A model generated the notes under the pieces. That model did not search any database, was not told where the DNA came from, and saw only the letters and a list, made by a program, of their open reading frames with translations. A stretch of DNA of 30,946 nt from Candidatus Iainarchaeum sp. (GTDB lineage: Archaea > Iainarchaeota > Iainarchaeia > Iainarchaeales > UBA10191), in contig JAUSFL010000004.1 of NCBI GenBank assembly GCA_030649735.1, forward strand, positions 1 through 30,946. Reading direction: 5' to 3'. The translations under genes and the position numbers were made by a program. Positions 7,976-16,948 of this stretch are shown here, in pieces; position 1 is the stretch's first letter; the number at the start of each line of letters is the position of its first letter.

Positions 7976-8652
7976 ATCCTCCGGTTTTGAGCGCCCTTGT
8001 TTTCAGTCCTTAAAATCCTGACTTTTCCAATCTCGCGCGTGTTTTTCACGTGTGTTCCTCCGTCTGCCTGAACGTCAAAATCTCCAATGCTCACAATTCG
8101 GAATTCTGGGATTTCTTTAGGCAGAACGTCCTGCAATCTGAAAAGCTCCGGCATTTTTAGTGTTTCCTCGCGCGACTTGAAAGAAATTTCCTGAACCAAA
8201 TTGCCTTCAATCACTTGGTTTGTTTTCTTTTCCAATTCCTTGAAGAATTCCGGATTGTAGTTTTCCATGTTGAAGTCCATCCTTGATTCGGGCATTCCAA
8301 GTTGGTTGCCTGTAATCATTTTTCCAGTCTCTTTGAAAATCACGCCGGCCATTATGTGCGCTGAAGAATGCATTCTCATAAAATAGTAGCGCCTTTCCCA
8401 ATCCAGCACTCCGTGGGCTTTCTCGCCCGCGCGAAAGCCTTCAGTGCTTTCCAGCCTGTGGAGGATTTTTCCATCGCGTTTTACAACTTCCAGAACTTTC
8501 TTTCCGTTCAAAGTTCCAAGGTCGCAGGGCTGGCCTCCGCCTTGGTAGTAAAACGCGGTCTTGTCCAAAACAACAGCATTGCCTATGATTTCCAAAATCT
8601 CAGCGTCAAACTCTTTCAGGTAAGAGTCCTTCAAGTACAAAAGCTCAGTCAT
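7957..8652 (-). CDS. alaX: AlaX-M-type misacylated-tRNA (alanyl-tRNA) editing protein
   Basis: MTELLYLKDSYLKEF, TAFYYQGGGQPCDLG, MRMHSSAH, QADGGTHV, KGAQNRRIY. ATG 8652 preferred to GTG 8661. Confidence 0.92.
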   Translation of the reverse strand: MTELLYLKDSYLKEFDAEILEIIGNAVVLDKTAFYYQGGGQPCDLGTLNGKKVLEVVKRDGKILHRLESTEGFRAGEKAHGVLDWERRYYFMRMHSSAHIMAGVIFKETGKMITGNQLGMPESRMDFNMENYNPEFFKELEKKTNQVIEGNLVQEISFKSREETLKMPELFRLQDVLPKEIPEFRIVSIGDFDVQADGGTHVKNTREIGKVRILRTENKGAQNRRIYWTLE

Positions 8653-8664
8653 TTTTTCCACTAT

Positions 8665-8976
8665 TTATCTTTTCTTTTTGAATTCCTCGCTTATTTTTCT
8701 GGCAAGCTCAAAGTCTTTTTCGCCCAAGCCGTTGATTTTGTGCGTCCAAATGCTCACTTTGGCTTTTCCCCAATCGAGTTGAATGCTTGGGTGATGGTTC
8801 ATTCTTTCAGCAATTTTCCCAATCCTGTTCACAAACCCGAGCGCTTGCTTGAAGTCATTGAAAGCGAATTCTCTCGCGATGTGATGCTGGCGAATGCATT
8901 TCCATCCGGAAGCTTTCCTTAAGGATTCCTGCAGGAGTTTTCCCTTCAATCTTCCGGGCTTTTTCTCCGGCGGCAT
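8665..8976 (-). CDS. Pterin-4-alpha-carbinolamine dehydratase family protein
   Basis: AERMNHHP and WTHKINGLGEKDFELA motifs. ATG 8976 follows the upstream stop at 8981; the ORF track start is 8997. Confidence 0.9.
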   Translation of the reverse strand: MPPEKKPGRLKGKLLQESLRKASGWKCIRQHHIAREFAFNDFKQALGFVNRIGKIAERMNHHPSIQLDWGKAKVSIWTHKINGLGEKDFELARKISEEFKKKR

Positions 8977-8980
8977 TCTT

Positions 8981-9190
8981 TCACTTCCAGACGTCAAGGC
9001 CGCCTTTTTTGTACTTTTTCACTTTTTTCAGGCTTGTCTGCCTTTCTTTTCTTGCTTTTTTTTGCCTTCGCATTTTTCTTTTAGGCCCGACTTGGCTTTC
9101 TTCCTCTTTTTTTGTCGCAAGCCATAGCCAGATTTTTATCCTTTCAATAACGCCTGGTTTTGTAAGCCCTTCTTTTTTCTTTAAAACCAT
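8981..9190 (-). CDS. Small Lys/Arg-rich hypothetical protein (69 aa)
   Basis: Strong RBS GAGAGGTGG just upstream of the ATG. Exactly fills the gap between mtnP and the PCD gene on the operon strand. Confidence 0.7.
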   Translation of the reverse strand: MVLKKKEGLTKPGVIERIKIWLWLATKKEEESQVGPKRKMRRQKKARKERQTSLKKVKKYKKGGLDVWK

Positions 9191-9203
9191 TTGACCACCT
9201 CTC

Positions 9204-9986
9204 TCAAATTACCGCGCTTTTCACTGCTGTCTCACAATTGCATGATTTTTCAACCTTATCAATTTTTGCAATGCTTCCCAAAAAAATCTTTTTCACGTTT
9301 TCAGCATTTTCCTTCATTCTTTTAATTACCATTTTAATGTTGACTGCTTCTTCGCTTTCCCGCCAGCAGTCATAATCTGTTGCCATTGCAATTGCCTGAT
9401 AGCACATTCCTGCCTCGCGCGCAAGCACGACTTCTGGAACAGTGCTCATGTTCACAATGTCTGCCCCAAGCAGCCTGTACATTTTGCTTTCCGCCTTTGT
9501 TGAAAACCTCGGGCCTTCAATTGTAATGACTGTTCCTTTTTCATGATGCGGGATTTTCAATTGCCTTGCAGTTTCAATCAATGCTTTGCGGATTTCTGGG
9601 CAGAATGGCTCTGCCATTGGAATGTGGCACACCTTGTCCAAGTCGTAAAATGTTCCCGGCCTGTGAGTCCAGTCAATGAACTGGTCTGGAAAAACTAAGT
9701 TGCCTGGCTTTATTTCTTCGCGCAGGCTTCCGCAAGCAGTGCTTGCAAGAACAGTATGGCAGTCCAGCTCTTTCAATGCCAAAATATTCGCTTTGTATGG
9801 AACATTTGACGGATTGATGGAATGCGTTTTTCCATGGCGCGAGATTATTGCGACTTGAATTCCATTCAATTTTCCAACTGTAATTGGAGAGCTTGGCTCT
9901 CCGAAAGCAGTTTTGACTTTGCGTTCTTCAAAGTCTTTCAGTATTTTTGGGTCTTCAAGGCCAGTTCCGCCAATTATTCCAATCAT
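9204..9986 (-). CDS. mtnP: S-methyl-5'-thioadenosine phosphorylase
   Basis: IGIIGGTG, SRHG, ACGSL, EGPRFSTKAES, NMSTVPE, TDYDCW, C-terminal CxC; GGTGA RBS. Confidence 0.95.
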   Translation of the reverse strand: MIGIIGGTGLEDPKILKDFEERKVKTAFGEPSSPITVGKLNGIQVAIISRHGKTHSINPSNVPYKANILALKELDCHTVLASTACGSLREEIKPGNLVFPDQFIDWTHRPGTFYDLDKVCHIPMAEPFCPEIRKALIETARQLKIPHHEKGTVITIEGPRFSTKAESKMYRLLGADIVNMSTVPEVVLAREAGMCYQAIAMATDYDCWRESEEAVNIKMVIKRMKENAENVKKIFLGSIAKIDKVEKSCNCETAVKSAVI

Positions 9987-9990
9987 TCTT

Positions 9991-10929
9991 TCACCAGTCC
10001 TTGTGGTTTTTTTTCAATTCTTCAATCATGTTGTGGAATTCCTTGTCTTCTTTAGAGACTCTTTTTATTTTTCCGTTTTCCAGGAATGTAGGGTCAACGT
10101 ACCTTAATTTTTTTGGCTTTTTCACCGGGGAAAGGTTTTCTGTCCTGATTTTTTCCAGTCCTTCAATTATTTTTGGGTTTTTGCTTTTCTCTAGCTTTCC
10201 AAGCACAAAATCATCGTCTTGGAAAAAGTCTTCAAATTCCAGCGCTTTACTTTGCAGCGCTTCGTTCATAATTTCAGTCATTACTGCGCCTTTTGCAACT
10301 GCTTTTTCGCTTGCCCAGTTTTCAGTCTGGAATTTCAAGTATGCCAGCCCAAATTCTTTTGCGTTTTCCAGGCTGTCAAATTGGATTGTGTTTTGAAAAT
10401 TAACCAGCCCATTAAGCAATTGCTTTGCCTTTTGGGATTGCCTGCTTATGAGCACTATTTGTTTTAGCGTGTAATCTACCCTGTCAGCGCACAAGTATGG
10501 AATCTCTTTTTCCAAAAGTGTGAATTTTGTCAAGTCAGTGAACTGTTCAATGCCAAAGCCATGCTTTTCTAGAATTTCAGGAATCTCTGTTTTTTTCACG
10601 AATTCTGCAAAAATCCTGTCCTGGTAGTCTTCGTTTTCTTCCCTTCCGACAATGTGGTCTATGGCATGCGAGAATGCGGTGTGCGAAACATCATGAATCA
10701 GTCCAGCAATTCTTTCCTCAAGCGAGGCGTCAAGCCTGTCAAGCAAGGCCATTACCCCAATACTGTGCTCAAATCTAGTGAATGTTTTGCTTTTATCAAA
10801 CCGGTCAGGAAGCCATTGCGAGATTCCCTTCAGGCGCTGGATTGGCACTGAATTGTAAAGTTCAATTAGGACTGGTTCTTTGATTTCAAAATTGCCGTAA
10901 ACAATGTCTTTGCATTTGATTGGCTGCAT
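9991..10929 (-). CDS. HD-domain phosphohydrolase, dNTP triphosphohydrolase/YdhJ-like
   Basis: IQRLKGISQ, TRFEHSIGV, LIHDVSHTAFSH, CADRVDY (H...HD...D metal ligands). Confidence 0.88.
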   Translation of the reverse strand: MQPIKCKDIVYGNFEIKEPVLIELYNSVPIQRLKGISQWLPDRFDKSKTFTRFEHSIGVMALLDRLDASLEERIAGLIHDVSHTAFSHAIDHIVGREENEDYQDRIFAEFVKKTEIPEILEKHGFGIEQFTDLTKFTLLEKEIPYLCADRVDYTLKQIVLISRQSQKAKQLLNGLVNFQNTIQFDSLENAKEFGLAYLKFQTENWASEKAVAKGAVMTEIMNEALQSKALEFEDFFQDDDFVLGKLEKSKNPKIIEGLEKIRTENLSPVKKPKKLRYVDPTFLENGKIKRVSKEDKEFHNMIEELKKNHKDW

Positions 10930-10939
10930 TCGGAAAACC

Positions 10940-11476
10940 TTATTCTTCCTTTTCGTAATCCACTAGGGAAAACACTTTGTACCCTGCTTTTTCGAGCTTT
11001 TCCCTGCCTTTGAGGAATTTCAGGCTGACTAGAAAGCAGAATGATTTTACTGTTGCGCCTTGGCTTTCAACAAGCCTTGCAGCTGCCAGTGCTGTTCCGC
11101 CAGTTGCCAAAAGGTCGTCGACAATGATGACTGAATCGCCGTGGTTTAATGCGTCAGCGTGCATTTCGAAAGAGCCTGTCGAGTATTCTGTCTCGAACTC
11201 TTGCCTTACTGTTTTTGAAGGCAGTTTTCCCGGCTTTCTTACTGGAACAAAGCCGACGTGAAGTTCGTGGGCGAGAATGCTTCCAAAAATGAACCCTCTT
11301 GCTTCTGCAGCCACGATTTTGTCGGCGTGAATTTCATTCTCAATGCAATAATTCACCATTTCGCTCATTGCAAAGCTTAATGCATTCGCGTCTTTCAATA
11401 ATGTCGTAATGTCCTTGAACATTACGCCTTTTTTTGGCCAGTCAGGCACTGTCCGGATTTTTTTCTTCAAGTCCAT
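10940..11476 (-). CDS. apt: Adenine phosphoribosyltransferase
   Basis: PDWPKKGVMFKDITTLL, EARGFIFG, RKPGKLP, PRPP motif IVDDLLATGGT. Confidence 0.96.
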   Translation of the reverse strand: MDLKKKIRTVPDWPKKGVMFKDITTLLKDANALSFAMSEMVNYCIENEIHADKIVAAEARGFIFGSILAHELHVGFVPVRKPGKLPSKTVRQEFETEYSTGSFEMHADALNHGDSVIIVDDLLATGGTALAAARLVESQGATVKSFCFLVSLKFLKGREKLEKAGYKVFSLVDYEKEE

Positions 11477-11477
11477 G

Positions 11478-11549
11478 CATTATTCCAGCAAAATAATGTT
11501 TTTAAATATGGATTTTTCCCAGAAATGCCCCTTTAGGTATGTTTTTAAA
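11478..11549. promoter_or_regulatory. Divergent archaeal promoters for the apt operon and the GT2 operon
   Basis: Minus-strand TTTAAAAA (11499-11506) 23-30 nt from the apt ATG. Plus-strand TTTTTAAA (11542-11549) 26-33 nt from ATG 11575. Inverted repeat CATTATT-N7-AATAATG at 11478-11498. Confidence 0.5.
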
Positions 11550-11574
11550 CAAATTTTTGAATGTTTTCTTGATA

Positions 11575-12288
11575 ATGCGCGACAGCAATCCTTCAGTTTC
11601 TTTGGTAATGCCTGCCTATAATGAAGAGCAGCGCATAATGAAAGTAATGCCAAACTATTACAGTTTTTTGAAAAATAATTTTTCTGATTTTGAATTCATT
11701 ATTGTATGCAATAATTGCTCTGACAAAACCCCTGAGATTGTTGAAAAATTCAGCAGGAAAGACAAGCGGATAATTTTCATGAACATTCCGAGAAAAATTG
11801 GAAAGGGCGGCGCAGTCATTGAAGGATTCAAAAAGGCATCCAAGGACTTGATTGGATTCACTGATGCTGATTCTTCCACTTCCCCGGAGCAATTTTGCAA
11901 GTTGCTTGCCCCGATTGTTGAAAAGAATTTTGACGCCGCTGTCGCCTCAAGGGCCTTGAAAGAATCAATTGTTCCAAAAAAATCAATTGTAAGGGTAATT
12001 TTGGGAAGGTTTTTCAGCGTGCTTGTGAAAGTCTTGTTTGGCCTGAAAATCAATGACACGCAGTGCGGCGCAAAGCTTTTCAGGAAAAAGCCTTTGAAGG
12101 GCATTCTTTCCTCATTGAAAATCACTGGCTGGGAATTCGATGTTGAAGTATTGTGGAAGTTGAGCAAGAACGGCTTTTCAATTGCCGAGGTTCCAATAAC
12201 CTGGTCTGATGCTGCCGGCACAAAGCTCAACCCGGTTTCTGATTCGTTCAGGATGTTTGCCGGACTTTTGAAATTGAGGTTTTCTTGA
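11575..12288 (+). CDS. GT2 polyprenol (dolichol)-phosphate glycosyltransferase, DPG-synthase/AglJ-like
   Basis: VMPAYNEE, GKGGAV, FTDADSS, ASR, DTQCGAKLF, GWEFDVEVL, EVPITW. ATG 11575 chosen from TATA spacing; the ORF track start is 11539. Confidence 0.9.
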   Translation: MRDSNPSVSLVMPAYNEEQRIMKVMPNYYSFLKNNFSDFEFIIVCNNCSDKTPEIVEKFSRKDKRIIFMNIPRKIGKGGAVIEGFKKASKDLIGFTDADSSTSPEQFCKLLAPIVEKNFDAAVASRALKESIVPKKSIVRVILGRFFSVLVKVLFGLKINDTQCGAKLFRKKPLKGILSSLKITGWEFDVEVLWKLSKNGFSIAEVPITWSDAAGTKLNPVSDSFRMFAGLLKLRFS

Positions 12289-13251
12289 ATGGCAAAATTG
12301 AAAATAATTGTTGCCTTGATTGGAATTGCCGTTTTTGCATGGATTATTTCAAGCATTGATGTTTCAAAGCTTCTTTCAATAATTTCAAAGGCAAATTTCT
12401 TGCTTTTGGGCTTGGCCTTGATTATAGTGTTTTTCACAGTTCTTTTGAAAGGCCTGAAGTGGGGCTTGCTTTTGCGCCCTTTTGAAAAAAGGCTTGCTGT
12501 TTTGGACAATTCGCGGATTTTTTTGATTGGTTTTTTCCTGAGCGTTTTGACTCCGGGAAGGATTGGCGATTTGGCGAGGGCATTGTATTTGAAGGACAGG
12601 ATGAAGTTTGGCCAGGCATTGTCCACAGTGATTCTTGACAGGCTTGTAGACCTTACAGTATTGTTCTTTTCCGGAATTCTTGCGGCAATCGCTTTTTCAA
12701 TGGTTTTCAAGCAGCAGGTCATTTCTCTGCCTTTGGCAGTGATTTTCATCGCATTCTTTGCGCTGGCGCTGTTTTTGGTTTCAAGGCAAAAGCTAATGCG
12801 TTTTATTCTGCGGCCTTTCTTCAATCTTTTCATTCCGGCATCGCTCAAGCCAAAGGCTTCTGAAAGCTTTGCTTCATTCTTTGAGGCCTTGCGTATTTTT
12901 GCAAAAAAGCCGTTTACTTTGCTTGCTGTTTTCTTGCTGAGCATTGCTGCAATTTTTCTTTCAAGCATTGCCTTTTGGCTTATTGCATTGTCTTTGGGGT
13001 TGAAAACTGGATTTGCGCTGGCTTTGATTGCTGTTCCAATAATTGCGTTGGCTGACTTGCTTCCAATCACGGTTTCAGGGATTGGCGCAAGAGAGCTTCT
13101 TTTGATTTTCATGTTTTCTTTTGCCGGCGTTAGCGCGGAGAGCGCTGTTGCTGTTTCAATAGTTTATTTCATCATTGGATACATTAGTGTTGCTTTGGCC
13201 GGCTTTGCTTTTTTCCTGAAAGAGCCTGTGAAATTGAATTTTTCAGCTTAA
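12289..13251 (+). CDS. UPF0104/LPG-synthase-TM flippase-like membrane protein
   Basis: Polytopic; LTPGRIGDLARA, LDRLVD, LPITVSGIGARE motifs; abuts the GT2 stop. Confidence 0.9.
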   Translation: MAKLKIIVALIGIAVFAWIISSIDVSKLLSIISKANFLLLGLALIIVFFTVLLKGLKWGLLLRPFEKRLAVLDNSRIFLIGFFLSVLTPGRIGDLARALYLKDRMKFGQALSTVILDRLVDLTVLFFSGILAAIAFSMVFKQQVISLPLAVIFIAFFALALFLVSRQKLMRFILRPFFNLFIPASLKPKASESFASFFEALRIFAKKPFTLLAVFLLSIAAIFLSSIAFWLIALSLGLKTGFALALIAVPIIALADLLPITVSGIGARELLLIFMFSFAGVSAESAVAVSIVYFIIGYISVALAGFAFFLKEPVKLNFSA

Positions 13252-14604
13252 GCCGATTATCATCCTTAATCCTTTAAGGTTTTTGAAAAAGTCCTGCGGG
13301 CTCCTGATTTTTGAGATTCTTTTCAGCACGTAAGCCGGCCTGATGTAGAATTTTTTGAATGCCTTTTTTTGCATTTTCACGACTTCTTCGGCATTCTTGT
13401 AGCCGAACGGGACAAAAACAGGCTGCCATTCGTTATAGTTTTCAAAGTTTTCGTCAAGCTTTCCGAACTTTGAGGCTGTTTTGTACAATTCAGTTCCTGG
13501 AAAAGGCGTTGTTATTGAGAACTGCGCGTAATCAGGGTCCAGCTCGATTGCAAAATTTATTGTTTTCTCGGCGAGTTCTGGAGTTTCCCCGGGCAGTCCA
13601 ATCATGAAGCTTCCGCGGATTTCAATTCCCGCCTCTTTTGTGAGCTTGACTGCTTTTCGCACGTCTTCAAGCTTTATTCCCTTGTTGATGTTGTCCAAAA
13701 GCGTTTGGTCGCCTGCTTCAATTCCGTAAAAAATGTTCCAGCAGCCTGCCTTTTTCATTAATTCCAGCAATTCCTTGTCGACTAATTGAACGCGGGTTTC
13801 GCAGCTCCAGGGAAAATCAATCTTTTCTTCAATCATTTTTTCACAAAGCTTTTTCACCCACTCGCGCTTGATTGTGAAAATGTCGTCCCAGAATGCAATT
13901 TCTTGAATGCCGTATTTTTCTTTCAGTTCTTTCAATTCTGCAATCACGTTCTCTGCGCTTCTTACGCGGTATCTTCTTGTGCCTTCAGTCTTGCAGCAGA
14001 AAGTGCAGTTGAAAGGGCAGCCCCTTGAAGCCAGGACATTTAAGACGCGCGGGTTTTTTTTGTAATTGTTTGGAAGCGCGGAGTACTTGCTCAAGTCCAG
14101 CAAGTGCCTTGCAGGCATTGGCAGTTCATCCAGGTTTTCAATCAATTCTCCCTTGATTATGCTGTGCCTTTTGAGTTTTTTCAGTTCTTTCGCAATTTTT
14201 ACAATTGCTTTTTCTCCCTCGCCAGTTATCACAAAGTCGGCATTTGTCAGTTTTAGGGTTTGTTCTGGAAGCAGGCTTGCGTGCGGGCCTCCAATCACTA
14301 GGTAAACTTTCGGGAATTTTTCCCTGATTTTTTTGGAAAGCTCTGCGGTTCTTGAAATTGTCGGGGTCAAGGCGCTTATTCCGACAAAATCCGGCCTGAA
14401 TTTCTTAATCTCTTCAAGAACGTCCTTGACTTCAAGCTGTTGCGCGGGCATGTCAAGTATTTTGCATTCAATGCCTTGCTTTTCAAGCATTGCGGCAAGA
14501 TAGCAAAGCCCTAAGGGCGGCAAGTGGCCGCCTATTTCCCCGACGCTTTTCTTGCCGTACCTTTCGTCAAGGCTTATTGCTGGAAAAACCAAAAGCGCTT
14601 TCAA
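13243..14604 (-). CDS. Cobalamin-binding radical SAM protein (no. 1)
   Basis: PPLGLCYLAA and IGGPHAS in the B12 domain; SRGCPFNCTFC; WDDIF; YGIEAG; GLPGET; TPFPGT; GGGTGA RBS. Confidence 0.93.
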   Translation of the reverse strand: MKALLVFPAISLDERYGKKSVGEIGGHLPPLGLCYLAAMLEKQGIECKILDMPAQQLEVKDVLEEIKKFRPDFVGISALTPTISRTAELSKKIREKFPKVYLVIGGPHASLLPEQTLKLTNADFVITGEGEKAIVKIAKELKKLKRHSIIKGELIENLDELPMPARHLLDLSKYSALPNNYKKNPRVLNVLASRGCPFNCTFCCKTEGTRRYRVRSAENVIAELKELKEKYGIQEIAFWDDIFTIKREWVKKLCEKMIEEKIDFPWSCETRVQLVDKELLELMKKAGCWNIFYGIEAGDQTLLDNINKGIKLEDVRKAVKLTKEAGIEIRGSFMIGLPGETPELAEKTINFAIELDPDYAQFSITTPFPGTELYKTASKFGKLDENFENYNEWQPVFVPFGYKNAEEVVKMQKKAFKKFYIRPAYVLKRISKIRSPQDFFKNLKGLRMIIGLS

Positions 14605-14605
14605 T

Positions 14606-15376
14606 TCATTTCACCCTTGCTGCCTTTACCATCATTCCAACGCTTGTTTTTGAATTCTTGAAAAGCAGTTCATCAACTTTCAGGATTGCCTTTACAATTC
14701 CTTCAAGGATTTTGGGCGGCTTTTCCTTGCTTCCAATGAATTCTTTTTTTGCCTGCCTGTTTTTCGGGTCGCTTTTGAACAATGGCTGCAGTATTGTGGA
14801 AAGGTAATTTTCGCACAGTCCTGCAAAATAATGGTTCAAGAACTTGGCTTCTTGGATTTTGAAGCCGTTCTTTTCAAGCAGTTCTTTCAATTCTTCAAAA
14901 GAAAAAATTCTTTCGTGGCCAAAGCCGTAAATTCCAATTCCAATGTGCTTTCCAAAAACTTTTTCAAGCAAATAATTTATTGGATCGTAAGTGAATGGAA
15001 AATTCCTGTTCGGCGTTGAAATAACGAGCACTCCGCCTTTTTTGAGGCTTTTGCGCGCTTGCTGCAGCATTTTTTCAGGCTTTTCCAAGTGCTCTATCAC
15101 TTCAATGCTTAATGCCTTGTCAAACTTTGCATTGAACGGGATTTTGTAAGCGCTTGCCTTAATGAATCGAGAATTCCTCAAATTCCTGCTTTTTGCTTTC
15201 TTCAAGTCCTGCTCATTCAAGTCCATGCCTGTTATTTTCTCAAATTTTTCCTGCAGTTCTTCCTCAAATACTCCGTCAGAGCAGCCAATGTCAAGCAGGT
15301 TTTTTCCAGTCCCGATTAGCCTGACCGCTGTCCTAAAGCGGTTGTAATAGCTTGGCGCAAGCATTTTCAAACTCAT
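14606..15376 (-). CDS. Class I SAM-dependent methyltransferase
   Basis: LLDIGCSDG motif I, FD, EVIEHL, LKKGGVLVISTPN. Confidence 0.9.
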   Translation of the reverse strand: MSLKMLAPSYYNRFRTAVRLIGTGKNLLDIGCSDGVFEEELQEKFEKITGMDLNEQDLKKAKSRNLRNSRFIKASAYKIPFNAKFDKALSIEVIEHLEKPEKMLQQARKSLKKGGVLVISTPNRNFPFTYDPINYLLEKVFGKHIGIGIYGFGHERIFSFEELKELLEKNGFKIQEAKFLNHYFAGLCENYLSTILQPLFKSDPKNRQAKKEFIGSKEKPPKILEGIVKAILKVDELLFKNSKTSVGMMVKAARVK

Positions 15377-15385
15377 GTTTTTTCC

Positions 15386-16948
15386 CTACTTCAAGTCTTT
15401 TGTTTTGGCCTGCCTTATTTCTTTCAATCCAAGCGTTCTTTTCAACTTTACTGTCTTTTCAAAGATTGAGTAAAGCATTGGAAAAACAAATGTCAAGTGC
15501 GGCCCGATTTTCATCATTGGCTTGCTTGTGAGCACTGGAACCATTATGGAAGGGACTGTGCCGTATTTTCTTTTGGTTACAACGCCCGACATTATCCAAG
15601 TCAGGTAATTCAAGTACTTGTTTTTTTTCTTTAAATTAATGTGTTTTATTACTTCTTTTTGGCTGCCGTAATCCATGTCAGAGCTTGCAAAATCGTCTTT
15701 TCCTATTATTCCCTCATTTAATGCCCTGTTGTACAATTCAGTGCCTGGAAAGAATGCCATGTTGAATGACTGGTGAATGTATGGTTTTGGGAGTTCTTGC
15801 AGCAATCTTATTGTTTCAAGCTTGTCTTGCTCTGTTTCGAAAGGGCTTGAGTTTATTATCTGGTAATTTGGCAATTCCATTCTTTCAGCGTACTTGTTCA
15901 GTATTTTTGCGGCATTCAATACTGCCGAGTTTGGAATGTTCCTGTCGTAAACTTCCTTGTTCAGTCTTTCGCTTCCTGTCTGGATTCCCATTTCAACCTT
16001 GCATAATCCGGCATCTAACAGTATTTTCAGTTTTTCCTCATTGATTGTCAAAGGGCTTACATAGCATTGGAATGGGATCTTGATTTCTTTCTTGTATTCT
16101 TTTGCAAATTCCTTGAGCTCTTCAATGCTTCTTACAAAGAACACGTCGTCAGTGAACCAGATTAATTTTGTGTTAGGCAGCCTTTCTATTGAATGATTCA
16201 GTTCTTGGATTATCCCTTTGGCGCTTCTTTTCCTGATTATTGGCCCAAGCCCGGCATACAATTGCCTGAAAAAATTGCTCCCGCAATAAGTGCACTTGTG
16301 CGGGCAGCCTCTTGCAGTATGGACATTGAGTTTTCCGCAAAAATGCCTTTCTTCAAGCTGGACGAGCTTGTGATTCTCAAGAACGAGCTGTTCTTTAATG
16401 TCATAGTCTGGGAATGGCAGAGAATCAAGCACGCATACCGGGGGCCTTACCGGATTCTTTATTATTTTCCCGTTTTTTCTGAACCACATGTTCCTTGTTT
16501 TAGTGAATGCTTTCTTTTCATTCATTTTTTCAACAAGCTCTGCAAATGCTTCCTCGCCTTCGCCAATGCATACAATGCCTGCATGCTTTATGCATTCTTG
16601 AGGGCTTGTTGTGGCATAAACTCCGCCCCAAATCACCGGCTTTTCAGGCATTGCATTCTTTATTTCTTTAATGATTTGGATTGCCTTGTTCCTGTTCATT
16701 GCAACGCAGGTTATTCCAACCAATTCCGCGTTTTTCACTTCGTTCAAGACTTGTTTTATGACGTCTTCAGTGAATGGCTTGCTGTAATTGTTGTCGATTG
16801 GCGGAAGGAAAACGAGCCTTGTTTCAAATCCTTTCTGCCTAAGCGCTGATGAAAGGTATCTTATTCCCAAGACTTCAATGTCGTCAACTGAAAGCAAGGC
16901 TATCTTGAAATTCTTTCTCTTTTGCCGGTTTTTTTCTTTTTCTTTCAT
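15386..16948 (-). CDS. Cobalamin-binding radical SAM protein (no. 2)
   Basis: LGIRYLSSAL, IWGGVYAT, GEGEE, ARGCPHKCTYC, TDDVF, GIQTGSER, FFPGT. ATG 16948 follows GGTGA; the ORF track start is 16957. Confidence 0.92.
   Translation of the reverse strand: MKEKEKNRQKRKNFKIALLSVDDIEVLGIRYLSSALRQKGFETRLVFLPPIDNNYSKPFTEDVIKQVLNEVKNAELVGITCVAMNRNKAIQIIKEIKNAMPEKPVIWGGVYATTSPQECIKHAGIVCIGEGEEAFAELVEKMNEKKAFTKTRNMWFRKNGKIIKNPVRPPVCVLDSLPFPDYDIKEQLVLENHKLVQLEERHFCGKLNVHTARGCPHKCTYCGSNFFRQLYAGLGPIIRKRSAKGIIQELNHSIERLPNTKLIWFTDDVFFVRSIEELKEFAKEYKKEIKIPFQCYVSPLTINEEKLKILLDAGLCKVEMGIQTGSERLNKEVYDRNIPNSAVLNAAKILNKYAERMELPNYQIINSSPFETEQDKLETIRLLQELPKPYIHQSFNMAFFPGTELYNRALNEGIIGKDDFASSDMDYGSQKEVIKHINLKKKNKYLNYLTWIMSGVVTKRKYGTVPSIMVPVLTSKPMMKIGPHLTFVFPMLYSIFEKTVKLKRTLGLKEIRQAKTKDLK

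Noticed and set aside
11658-13112. 484-aa minus-strand ORF
   Set aside because: Antisense shadow of the GT2 and flippase-like genes. Its K/A/S/I-rich composition is what the reverse complement of hydrophobic codons gives, and it has no motifs.
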